From: Octopus bimaculoides
Lineage: Eukaryota
Direction of reading: 5' to 3'
Length of the DNA stretch: 37,679 nt
NCBI RefSeq assembly: GCF_001194135.2
Contig: NC_068983.1
Coordinates: forward strand, 94,052,763 to 94,090,441
Shown here: positions 1 through 10,447 of the stretch, in pieces
How positions within the stretch are numbered: position 1 is the stretch's first letter
How the letters are laid out: every line of letters starts with the position of its first letter
The notes under the pieces: model-generated
Told to the model about the DNA's origin: nothing
Database searches by the model: none
The model's input: the letters and a program-made list of their open reading frames with translations, nothing else
Program-made: the position numbers and the translations under genes

Positions 1-230
1 GGCACATAAAAGACACCATTTCGAGCGTGGCCGTTTTCGTGCGGGTGACACGTAAAAGCACCCACTACACTCTCTGAGTGGTTGGCGTTAGGAAGGGCAT
101 ACAGCTGTAGAAACTCTGCCAAATTAGATTGGAGCCTGGTGTTGCCATCCGGTTTCACCAGTCCTCAGTCAAATCGTCCAACCCATGCTAGCATGGAAAG
201 CGAACGTTAAACGATGATGATGATGATGAT
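1..230 (+). mobile_element. Young 3'-tail copy (truncated LINE 3' UTR or LINE-tailed SINE) of the RTE family seen at 35017-35925, ending in (GAT)n
   Basis: Ends in AACCCATGCTAGCATGGAAAGCGAACGTTAAAC followed by (GAT)n. Homologous to 13990-14310 (minus) and to the 3' UTR of the RTE fragment. 12 CpGs are retained. Confidence 0.8.
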
Positions 231-645
231 AATATAAATTCGGTGTGTGTTGCATTCCATTACTTAATGAATGAAAAAATGTATGGTAAATAAACATACA
301 ACATAACATACACTGAGTGTAAAACCGGATGGAAGACAAACACAAAAGGTACCTAATTTTTCATCAGTTATCAACCAATTGCTAATACAGTTTCACATCT
401 TTATTGATAAGACTAACAATGTCACAACTGGCAGCACCCACAAAAAATATTCTTTTTGCAGAGAATTCAGGGCCAAGAGCTAACAAAACAAAATAAATCA
501 AAATGACACAGAATGTGATTTAGGATGGTGAACAAGGACAAATAGTCAAGCAAAATACAGCCTTAGAAGACGAGAATAGTGGGTAACTCTTAGAAAATGT
601 CCGAAAGGACAGGGAGACAGAGAATTTGCAACTGGTCAGCCACCT

Positions 646-927
646 GACCTTGTGTTGTAGTTAGGGAGCTACACTCACAATCACGAGATCATGGTCTCAA
701 TTCCTAGAGCAGGCGGTGCATTGTGTTCTTGAATAAAACATTTCATCTCACATTGCTTTGTAGTCACTTCAACACTTGACTGCATCTGTTCAGACAACAT
801 TGATTTGAGAGAGAGAGAGTGAGCTAATGTGTGACACAAACGTTTGATCACTATAAACAAATCATTTGTGCAGGTCAGTTCCCAAAAGCTGAACACTCAT
901 ACATCATCTTTGACAGGAGAGTCCATC

Positions 928-930
<3 letters not shown>
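646..930 (+). mobile_element. tRNA-derived SINE (degenerate), ending at a (TA)n tract
   Basis: A-box-like TGTGTTGTAGTTAG and B-box-like GGTCTCAATTCC in a tRNA-like head, followed by a body typical of mollusc SINEs (TTGTGTTCTTGAATAAAACATTTCATCTCACATTGCT). Confidence 0.55.
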
Positions 931-958
<28 letters not shown>

Positions 959-1039
959 CACACACAACAGATTTCTTTCAGTTTCTGTTTACCAAATCCA
1001 GTGATTCAGTGTGATGGTGACATGTATGTATGTGTGTGC

Positions 1040-1240
1040 AAGTGTTTGTCTCCTTGTCTTGACATTCATGTGATTGTTGTAAATAAATGGCATGACTGGC
1101 TGTATGGAAATATTACCTTGCTTGGAAATAGGTAAGGATTGACAACAGGAAAGGCATCCAGACGTATATAAAATTTGCTTCAGTAAACTATGTCCGACCC
1201 ATGGAAGCATGGAAATGTGCATGTGAAAATGATGATGAGG
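1040..1240 (+). mobile_element. 3' half of a (GAT)n-tailed SINE
   Basis: Shares GAAATATTACCTTG..AAA.AGGT.AGGATTG..GACAGGAA.GGCATC with 36190-36398 and has an RTE-like CCCATG.AAGCATGGAAA..(GAT)n tail. Confidence 0.65.
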
Positions 1241-1354
1241 AATATGAGTATTAAATTTATAAGCTGTCCTCAAAGAAAGACATCTATGTCAGGCAGAAAT
1301 AACTTACAAACGTCCATTTCTAGAACTGACTTGAAGAAATATGGTACATTATTT

Positions 1355-1553
1355 AGCACAAGGCCAAAAGTTTTGAAGGAAGTATATAAAGTTAATAGAA
1401 TCAATCCCCAGTATATGTCTGGTATTATTTTATCAACATTCTAGATGAAAACCAAAGTTGACTGTGGTGCAATTTGAACTCAGAATTTAAAGCACTGTAA
1501 CAAAGTACTGTAAGGCATTTTGTCCAACTTTAATAATTCTGCCAATCCACTAC
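1355..1553 (-). mobile_element. SINE family A copy (tRNA-derived, OR-type octopus SINE-like), degenerate
   Basis: Matches the family consensus seen repeatedly in the window (CACAAGGCC..TTTT, CTGGTA.TTATTTTATC, GATGAAA..CAAAGT.GAC, AATTTGAACTCAGAA). Confidence 0.7.
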
Positions 1554-1559
1554 CCTGGT

Positions 1560-1765
1560 TTGCATAAATATTGATTTCAAATTTTGCCACAAGGCCAGCA
1601 ATTTTGATGGAAGGGATTAGTCAATTACAGTGACCCATGTACTCAACTGGTACTTATTTCATCAACCCCAAAAAGATGAAAGGCAAAGCTGACCTCAGAG
1701 GAATGTGAACTCAAAACTCGAAGATGGACAAAATGCCACTAAGTATTTTACCCAGCACAGTAAGG
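1560..1765 (-). mobile_element. SINE family A copy
   Basis: CACAAGGCCAGCAATTTT..ACTCAACTGGTACTTATTTCATCAACCCC..GATGAAAGGCAAAGCTGACCTC..GGAATGTGAACTC. Confidence 0.8.
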
Positions 1766-1839
1766 TTTGCATAAATATTAATAGCAGTATATTCTCCACA
1801 GATACCACCTCAAATAGTTATAAACTTATTACTACCAGT

Positions 1840-2015
1840 TGACTACCATCACAACAACAATAACTACCACTACCTATGCAGCAACTGTAATTATTATTCT
1901 CGTCATCATTGATATTTCCCTTTAACACATTTCAGCATCATTCTCACCACCATCATTCATTATTATCACCATTATCATCGTTAATATAACTACCACCATC
2001 ATCATAATGATGTAG
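1840..2015. repeat. Cryptic trinucleotide low-complexity tract (CAT/CAC/ACT/ATT)
   Basis: Runs of ACCACCATCATTCATTATTATCACC-type triplets. Confidence 0.6.
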
Positions 2016-2243
2016 CAGACTTTCAGTCACCATGGCTGCTATAACTGTCAATATCATTACTAACTAAAAAATACTCATGAGAAAAAAATGATATTAATGA
2101 TTAGCTAATATTATTTTTACGTTTATGTATTTGTTTTGCAAGATTCCTGGTGTGAAATCGTGTGTTGAAACAGATATCATTATACTTGGTGATGGTCATA
2201 TTTTGCCAATTAAATACATACACTATATGTTCGGTCTTTACTA

Positions 2244-2503
2244 CAGCTTTATTATTACTATTTTTGTTTCTTTTTATTAAAGCTCTTTTGTTACATATCA
2301 TGTGACCTCTTCAGTGACTCTCTATCCCTCATGTCTCCTCTTGTTCTGCTTATTTCACATGGTATAGAGAGTCACTGAAGAGGTCACAGAATGTGTGATG
2401 AAAGAGCTTTGACAAAGAAACCAATATAGTAAAAATAAAGCTGAAATACAATAAGCAGAACAAGAGGAGACATGTGAGATAGAGAGTTGCTGAAGAGGTC
2501 ACA
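2244..2503. repeat. Nested inverted-repeat (fold-back) block with layout A-B-C-B'-A'-C'-B'
   Basis: B (2301-2325) is the perfect reverse complement of 2364-2388. A (2244-2295) is inverted at 2394-2443. B+C (2301-2355) is inverted at 2450-2503. Confidence 0.9.
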
Positions 2504-2519
2504 GAATACGTGCTTATTG

Positions 2520-2681
2520 ATAACATTGATCCCAGTGCTCAACTGGTACTTATTTCATCGATCCTGAAAGATGAAAAGCAAAGTTGACCTGGGCAAAATT
2601 TGATCTCAGAATGGAAAGAGCTGAAAGAAATGTCATTAAGCATTCTGTCTGATGTTGTAATGATTCTGCCAGCTCACCATC
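2520..2681 (-). mobile_element. SINE family A copy (partial)
   Basis: CCCAGTGCTCAACTGGTACTTATTTCATCGATCCTGAAAGATGAAAAGCAAAGTTGACC..ATGATTCTGCCAGCTCACC. Confidence 0.8.
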
Positions 2682-2697
2682 TTAATTATACTAATGA

Positions 2698-2901
2698 TGG
2701 TACAAGGCCAGCAATTTTGATGAGAGGTGGTTAGTCAGTTACTTTATCCTTGGTACTTAACTGCTATTTCATTTTTATCAGACTTGAAAGGATGAAAAGT
2801 AAAGTCGATCTCAGCAGAATTTGAACTCAGAATGAAAAGACAGATGCAATGTCACAAAGCATTTTACCCAGCATGCTAACAATTTGGCCAGCTTGCAGCC
2901 C
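2698..2901 (-). mobile_element. SINE family A copy
   Basis: TACAAGGCCAGCAATTTT..GGATGAAAAGTAAAGTCGATCTCAGCAGAATTTGAACTCAGAA..CCCAGCATGCTAAC. Confidence 0.8.
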
Positions 2902-2937
<36 letters not shown>

Positions 2938-2947
2938 TAACAATAAC

Positions 2948-2978
<31 letters not shown>

Positions 2979-2989
2979 GTAGTAGTAGT
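2902..2989. repeat. Compound microsatellite (TAA)n with AAC interruptions, then (TAG)n
   Basis: Direct reading. Confidence 0.95.
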
Positions 2990-3001
2990 GACAGGTGTAA
3001 C

Positions 3002-3203
3002 AATCCTTTCTATTATAGGTACAAGGCCTGAAATTTACATGGAGGGGTTAGTCAATTGCATGACCCCAATGATCAGTTGATACTTATTTTTTTCTACCCT
3101 GAAAGGATGAAGAGCAAAATCGACCTTGGCAGCATTAGAACTTAGATCATAAAGCTGGAAGGAATGCCACTAAGCATTTTGTCCAGCATGCTAACAATTC
3201 TGA
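3002..3203 (-). mobile_element. SINE family A copy
   Basis: AATCCTTTCTATTATAGGTACAAGGCCTGAAATTT..CCCTGAAAGGATGAAGAGCAAAATCGACC..CCAGCATGCTAACAATTCTG. Confidence 0.8.
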
Positions 3204-3214
3204 AACCAATGCCA

Positions 3215-3735
3215 TGAAAAGACAATTGCTGTCCCAACAGTGAAAGAAAGAAAACACGACTACATAGAGCAAAAGAAAAAGATATTGAACAAAGAATAGT
3301 AGAGAGGTCAATAAATCTGCAGGAAAGAAATAACAGCCCTGATAAGGATAAATATGTGGAAGGAACATTACAGAGGAAGAAAGGAGCTTACTACAATGCC
3401 TAAATGAGTTATGAACTCGTGAAAGTAAGATAACCACCAGCCTTAAGAGGAATTGAGAAAAGAAAACTACATAAAGTCGGGAAGAAGATGGATAAGCTGT
3501 TACCAAAAATCTGTGTTGAAAAATAAGACCTAAACAATCTCCACTGTGGAAATTTTGGGGGTTAAAAGCCAAAGAAAACATTGGACAGACAAAGATCCAT
3601 GTTGAAAATGAAGACTTGAGAACCAAATTGAACAACTCAGTAGAGATCTTAGAAGAATAAATGTTGCCATAGAAAAGATGTTGAGGAAAAGACACAAGAA
3701 TGAGTTGCAAAGAATGTACAACATTTAACACAAAG
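3215..3735 (+). mobile_element. Fossil fragment of an R4/Dong-like non-LTR retrotransposon ORF (region N-terminal to the RT)
   Basis: Conceptual translation with stops gives LRGIEKRKLHKVGKKMDKLLPKI and KDPC*K*RLENQIEQLSRDLRRINVAIEKMLRKRHKNELQRMY. These resemble the LPxLRGI..RKL and KEPWWKRRLE.QI..LR.DL motifs of R4-clade ORFs. Confidence 0.6.
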
Positions 3736-3749
3736 AATGAAAATGATAA

Positions 3750-3882
3750 AGGTTTCAAATTTTGGCACAAGGCCAGCAATTTTGGGGAGGGGGTTTGTCA
3801 ATTGCATCAGCCCCAGTGCTCAGCTGGTACTTATTTTAGTGACCCTGAAAGGATAAAAGGCAAAGCTGACATTGGCAGAATT
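3750..3882 (-). mobile_element. SINE family A copy (3' part)
   Basis: GGCACAAGGCCAGCAATTTTGGGGAGGGGG..CTGGTACTTATTTTAGTGACCCTGAAAGGATAAAAGGCAAAGCTGAC. Confidence 0.8.
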
Positions 3883-4147
3883 AGCCAATATAAATCTTGG
3901 TTGGTTAGTTGATTTCTTCACACTTTATATTGTATAGAGAGAGAGCAGGGAAAGAGAAAAAGAAAATTAACATAAGAGGTACAGGATGAGTGCTAATACA
4001 AGGAGTGGTCACAGACAATGAGCAAAGGAACACAGCATACACACACACACAGTGTGAGATAAAAATATCAAGGAGACAGAAGGGGAGGGAGTATTTCATC
4101 CTTTTGTATAAGCACCAAGAAATTTGATAAAATTTTAAATTATAATT

Positions 4148-4151
<4 letters not shown>

Positions 4152-4197
<46 letters not shown>
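4152..4197. repeat. (TA)n(CA)n microsatellite
   Basis: Direct reading. Confidence 0.95.
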
Positions 4198-4297
4198 AAC
4201 ACACTATATTTCCTGATATTACCCGTGATGGTAGCAAATGTATACTTCCAAAGATGCTCATCATATGATGAGTAACACTCTAGTGATAATAAAGTGA

Positions 4298-4500
4298 TTT
4301 CTAATTGAGACAAAAGGCCAGCAATTTTTGAGGGAAGAGCATGTAGTTGATACCATTAACTCCAGTACTTGACTGGTACTTTATTTTGTCAGCCCTGAAA
4401 GGATGAAAGGCAAAGTTTCACTCAAAACAAAGCAATGGAGCAAATGTGGTAAAGAAATTTTTTCCCCAATTCATTAATGAGTCTACCAGTTTGCCACCTA
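4298..4500 (-). mobile_element. SINE family A copy, degenerate
   Basis: AAGGCCAGCAATTTTTGAGG..CCAGTACTTGACTGGTACTTTATTTTGTCAGCCCTGAAAGGATGAAAGGCAAAG. Confidence 0.75.
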
Positions 4501-4641
4501 ATAATAAGTATAGGTGCCTAGGAAATGGTTAAAATACATACATATATATACCCCACAGAATTTAAGCAAAGACATAGCATAAAGGAAAATAGCACTGCAA
4601 GACACTGAACATGCATAACACAGCATACTTTTAGTACCTAA

Positions 4642-5338
4642 TTCAACCAAATATTATGAAGAAATTATCTCCCATGTAGTAGCTGTGACCACTAGTGGAA
4701 CCTCATATGTTTGAAACACTTGAGCTGTGATTTCAACCAAATCCATTTAAGCTGTTGTTAAGACATTATGTTTACGAATAGATTATTGTTCTGCTACATA
4801 ATGAAGGATTACCACTATGAAATAGCAGCTAGAAACGAATGCCTACAAGTCAAAGAATATATTGATAAATGACCTGTGAACTTGTTTGTAGTTAGAATTG
4901 TAATTATTGGTTACTATAAGATATATTTGAAGGTAGAATTCCCTGGAAACAATTATTATCCTGCATATGGACACTAAGAACTTTCATTTTTATCAATTAC
5001 TAAACTCCAATGCTCTATGAAGAGAATGACAAAAGATTTGCATGAATTTCCTCCAGACTGTACTTATTTCTTTCTTTAATGAAATATCTCACTTCATAAA
5101 ATGTTTGATTAGTGAGATACAGATTATATCATTGATGATTTCTAAAAAGAATGAAATAGTATTATTCAAGATTATCAATGACTAAAAGTTTTAAGAACTT
5201 AAAAGCAATTAAATATATGAATTCTGTTAATCTTTTTCCATAATTTCAAATTACAATTTCTTACCTCACCACATATTATGAAGAAAGGTTTATCTCCCTT
5301 GTAATATCTGTGACCACTAGGGGAAATGCTCATGTTAG
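4642..5338. repeat. Dispersed local duplication of a ~75-bp non-TE unit (4642-4716 and 5265-5338)
   Basis: ATATTATGAAGAAA(GGT)TTATCTCCC.TGTA.TA.CTGTGACCACTAG.GGAA is shared at roughly 80% identity with a 3-nt indel. Confidence 0.8.
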
Positions 5339-5674
5339 AAAATATAAAATCAGAACAAAACACATTACATACAAAAGTTTCACAGAGCTACACTCAGTAC
5401 AGCAGTGAAATTAAGCAATAAAAAAATAAACCTCTGAAAAATAATTATTATTGATTGTGAATAAAGTATGCAAAAAGTTCAATTTTAAATGATCAGTCAA
5501 AAAGTTATTTTTATATATTTTTGAGACCTGCATACTGAGTATAGATGAGAGTTACTAAAATAAAAATTAAAAATGACAGTCCTCCTCAGAATAGATTTCA
5601 TAGGAAATTTACTGCATCAGCAAACTTTGTGTAATTTAAGTGTTAAAATGGTAGCAACTTACTTTTTGATTAGT

Positions 5675-5811
5675 TGAGTGTGTATGTGTGTAGATATGTA
5701 TGTATGTATACATGCATGCATATATATATACATGTATGTGTCTATACATATATACATGTATGTATGTATGTATGTATGTGTATATATATATATATATATG
5801 TATACGCCTAC

Positions 5812-5873
<62 letters not shown>

Positions 5874-5915
5874 TTACAGATATATCAGATATATATATAT
5901 ATATATTTATATATT
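5675..5915. repeat. Compound (TG)/(TATG)/(TA) microsatellite
   Basis: Direct reading; it produces the spurious YIYI ORFs. Confidence 0.95.
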
Positions 5916-6171
5916 CCCATTAAGATATGATGAATGCTGAACAAAGATTTCAGTGTCATCCTTTTTATGATAGATACTGAATTATATATTTTACAGGGAA
6001 ATGCTTTTGATGTATATACATGTGTGTATGTTTATATAGATATATATAGAGAAAGACACAATACACATATGCTTATGTGTGTGTTGCAGACATATTATTT
6101 ATTTTCAAAAACAATTACTACCTCCCTACCTATCTGTCTATACATACATGCATACATACATAATTACACAC

Positions 6172-6174
<3 letters not shown>

Positions 6175-6238
<64 letters not shown>

Positions 6239-6245
6239 TAGATAG
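6175..6245. repeat. Compound (GATA)n(GA)n(GACA)n microsatellite
   Basis: Direct reading. Confidence 0.95.
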
Positions 6246-6394
6246 GTAATTGTTTCTGAAAATAACTACAAAATAAATAGCTTAAAAAATGTTGAAATGT
6301 AGTCTCTAAGATCAAATGATGTTAAAGATTGTATTGAGAGTAAAGAAAAGGCATAATAAAAAATGAGTAAAAATAATATATAGTGAGGAAAATG

Positions 6395-7315
6395 TGTGTA
6401 TGTTTGTGTGTGTGTGTGTGTGTGGAACACCCACACACATATATACACACACACACCACACATGTACATACATACGTATATACTACCTACCTATTTTTCT
6501 ACTTACCTGTCTATTTTCCTACCTACCAATCTATCTCAAATTTTTTTCCATAATATATAAGAAGACTTTGAAAATTTTGAAATATGGTGTATAAGATCAA
6601 ATAACATTGTACATTGTATGTGAAGGAGAAAAGAAATACTAAAAGCATAAGAAGAAGAATAAAGTGTGGGTGTGTANNNNNNNNNNNNNNNNNNNNNNNN
6701 NNNNNNNNNNNNNNNNNNNNNNNNNNNNNNNNNNNNNNNNNNNNNNNNNNNNNNNNNNNNNNNNNNNNNNNNNNNNNNNNNTATATATATAAATAGTTTT
6801 ACAATCTGGATTGTAGACTATCAGGATAGTTAAAAATAACTAATTAAAAGGGATATCCATTTTGTTGAAAGGAAAAGTATATTGTTATGCAAACTTATAC
6901 ATATATGCATATTCATCTGTGTATGTGTGTGTATATTTACATATATATAAATATATATATATACATACACACACATACTTAATATACTTCCATATGCATA
7001 TTATATATGTATATACACACATACAGATACATAATGTACATCCATATGCATATATATAAACTTATACACATATATATGCATGCATACATACATAAATACA
7101 TATGCACACACATGTGCATACACATACGCACGTTTGATATTGAAAATAGCAATTCTTTCATAGCAATTGTTTGGGGTGGGGGTATGCTTTTTATATATAT
7201 ATTTTTTAACACCAAGTTTATTTGATGATTATTTCATGAAATTGACAGAGCAGAAATTGTATTCAATAATTGTGTGTGTGTGTGTGCGTGCATGTGTGTG
7301 TGTGTGTATTTATAT
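6395..7315. repeat. Low-complexity (TG)/(CA)/(TA) tracts surrounding an assembly gap
   Basis: Direct reading. Confidence 0.8.
6677..6781. other. Assembly gap (N run)
   Basis: Ns in the sequence. Confidence 1.
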
Positions 7316-7539
7316 GCATAGTTTTCTAGTCATTGTTTGCCCTAGTTTTTCAAAGAGAGATCTGATTATTATATTGTAATTCCTAAAGTAAAAAAAACTA
7401 AGATTGTAATCTTATTTAAGAACAACAGTTAGACTATAAACATTTATAAATATATGGCTTTCTTATTCTTCAAAAATGCTTTCATTCACAATATACAATG
7501 TTGATATCATTGACTGATAAATATAAAATAACAGCTTAT

Positions 7540-7560
7540 ATATATGTGTGTGTATGTGTG

Positions 7561-7624
<64 letters not shown>

Positions 7625-7665
7625 NNNNNNNNNNNNNNNNNNNNNNNNNNNNNNNNNNNNNNNNN

Positions 7666-7748
<83 letters not shown>

Positions 7749-7750
7749 AT
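7540..7750. repeat. Long (TA)n microsatellite containing an assembly gap at 7625-7665
   Basis: Direct reading. Confidence 0.95.
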
Positions 7751-10447
7751 CTTTCAAATACTAAATTCATATCAAATACTAATATTTGCCAGAAATAATA
7801 AATAAATTTCTTAAAACAACATTTAATTATCTAAAAAAAAGGAAGGACACAGTGAAAAATATAGCGTTAGCTATGCAAAAAGATAATCACAGCAGGAATA
7901 TCTTTGATCTTAGGTCTGCTTGATCAGAGATGACCTGAAGTGAAATGGTTACAACCAGCAGGATAATATGACTGATTCTCAGCTGTAACTGAGATATATG
8001 TTTACCTGGTGGTGATATCTGTGCATGAAGAGTTTAATCATTACACACAGCCAGTAATTAGAAGAGCAGAGTCTAAACCTAATGTAACTCATCAATTAGT
8101 GGTTTCTGCTTCTTTTCTTTTTGTATATAAAATTCAGTAAAGAGAGTGTGGGCAGTACCTATGACTGTTGCTTTTTTTCTGATCTGAGACTGACTACTGG
8201 ACTGCTTTCTTTGAGTAGCTGAACAGAGAATTCATGATTGCAAGTTAACTAACCAATTTGCAAAATTTAGGAAACCAACAATGATAAGTAGCTCCTCCTC
8301 TCTGGTAACTATTTACAGCTTGTTAGACTGGGCCTTATTAGAGTTAAGTGTTTTGGTTATTGACATAATTTAATGTTGATTGGATATAAACCTCTAACTT
8401 CTTACTGGTTATCCAATACCCTCTTCATTCACCCACACTATCTTTTAACTATTCAAGAAGTATTTAATGTATTGAATGACATCATGCTATATAGAATATT
8501 ATATCGCCATATCATATGAGAATGACTTCAAGGAGATAAAGAATATAAACCTAATTAGTATTTGTTGACTCGAGTATTAACTAAATATATTAACAATACA
8601 TCATATTTAATGGTGTATTGTTTTCTATCAAGTTTTATATTGTATTGCATGACATAATGTGTGCATTATCTTGTAAATCTATGGTCAGTCGGCAACATGC
8701 TATAACAACATAAAATGACATCACAATTATCTTATATAGAATACTAAAGTACTAAAAGAAATCAAGATTAGTCATATTAACAGCAAAATAAAACACAAAA
8801 TATTACCAAAAGCACATTGTTGCAACAAACAAACATTAGATAGACATTAGAACCAAACCATTTCCTTATAACTGAAAGAGACCTGACATCAACAGACAGA
8901 AAGTGTTAAAGTCCAGCAATAACCAATGAAAAATGTAGACACAACTTTATTTCTCTGATTCTTCTTTATAATAAAAAAACAGCAATAACAACCATCACTA
9001 ATACCCTTTCATCCAAATGATAAGACCAGAAGAGTCTTGTATCATTGATGAAGTTAGGAAGCTTGTCACAACAAATAAAACTTGAAGTACTAATATGGAA
9101 ATATGAAAAATTTGCCATATAAAAATTAAAACAGGAGCATAGTTACACACACACAAATATAATAGTTTCTTATTATATCTATTTGATTTATATGCATGTT
9201 TATAATGTTTACATATGTGTGCATATATTTATGCATATATACATTTAATATTCTCTCAGTTTCATTGTAATGCACTGAAAAGTGGAATTTCTTGTGTTAT
9301 GCATGTCTTTCTTTGTGTGCATATGCTTTTTACTCATGGTTCTATTTTTTTGTTTTTCCAATTGTATTATGACAACATAATTATTGCAATTATTTTGACA
9401 TGCCATATTACCATATTCTTCAATATATGTACACTTCATATATATATCGTTGATTCTACAGGCTTCACATAAAGTCAGCACATACAAAGTGATCTACATA
9501 TTGACATCCTCCTTTGATGACTAGTCTAAATTATTTATGGTTATCTTGGTACTAGTAGAGAGCCACAGGCCAGTGACTAGTAGCATTTGCTCATAAGCAA
9601 AAACCAGGCCAATGGCTGGAGACAGCCTGTAAGTGAAAACCAGATCAGTGACAAGTTGGAAGTTGTAAAAGACTTAAAGAACAGTATTTCACAAAACAGA
9701 AAATAATGTTCAACTATATTTTCCCATTAATCTTAGCAATATCATGTAAAGAATTTAGATGTATAATCATTATCCTGTCTTGATTACTGTAAGAACATTT
9801 ATTAAGTGCATACAGTTAGTTAACAAAAAGTGTTTTGTCAAGAGATATATATTTCTTTCTTTAAGATTGAAATTCATCTTTGCAGAATTTAAGCCAGCCA
9901 CCAACATAACAACAAGACTTCTGTGTGCAAGTCAAGGCAGTTCCAGAGATTTGTGAATATGTGAATTTGTTAATGCGTGCATATATTATGGCATATAGGT
10001 GGATATACTTACACTCATGTAATGGGTGTACATATTACTGCATGTATGTGTGTACATGTATGTGATTACTTTTTAAATATGCATGATTATTCTATGTGTA
10101 CATATGATTGCGTGCATGTGCTCATTCCAAGAAAATCAAATAGAACGTTCTAGAAATATTCATGGTACCACCATTCAATTGGATTTGAAAGAGGTAGGTC
10201 TTCCTTGGAAAACCCCAGGATTTTGAGGCCTTTAAGCAAATCTTTAATCAAGCCCAGCATGCCTTTGCTAATAGATTTAAATGAAAATCTATAATGCAGA
10301 CATGAGCTGTAGTTTCCTCACTATGTATATATGTATGGATGGATGGATGGATGGTTTGTTCTCTATGTTTAAGCTGTTTAAATTCTTCTTCTGAGGAAGG
10401 AACTGGTTTCTAACAAAGATACAAAGCTCTGTTGTTGGAATATATGT

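Noticed and set aside
2849-3031. Poly-Asn ORF
   Set aside because: Translation of the (AAT)n tract between two SINEs.
3147-3779. Longest ORF in the track (210 aa, minus strand, hydrophobic)
   Set aside because: Antisense to a purine-rich R4-like fossil plus SINE sequence. The hydrophobicity reflects T-rich codons.
4650-5440. Recurrent ATGAAGA as C-box variants of a snoRNA cluster
   Set aside because: No matching CTGA D boxes at proper spacing and no terminal stems.
5674-7805. Many ORFs rich in YI/VC/HT dipeptides
   Set aside because: They are translations of (TA)n, (TG)n and (CA)n microsatellites, and some span N gaps.
9885-10193. Possible plus-strand exons (EFKPATNITTRLL.. after TTTGCAG; ENQIERSRNIHGTTIQLDLKE before GTAGGT)
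   Set aside because: Splice-like signals are common in AT-rich DNA. No recognisable homology and no consistent exon chain.
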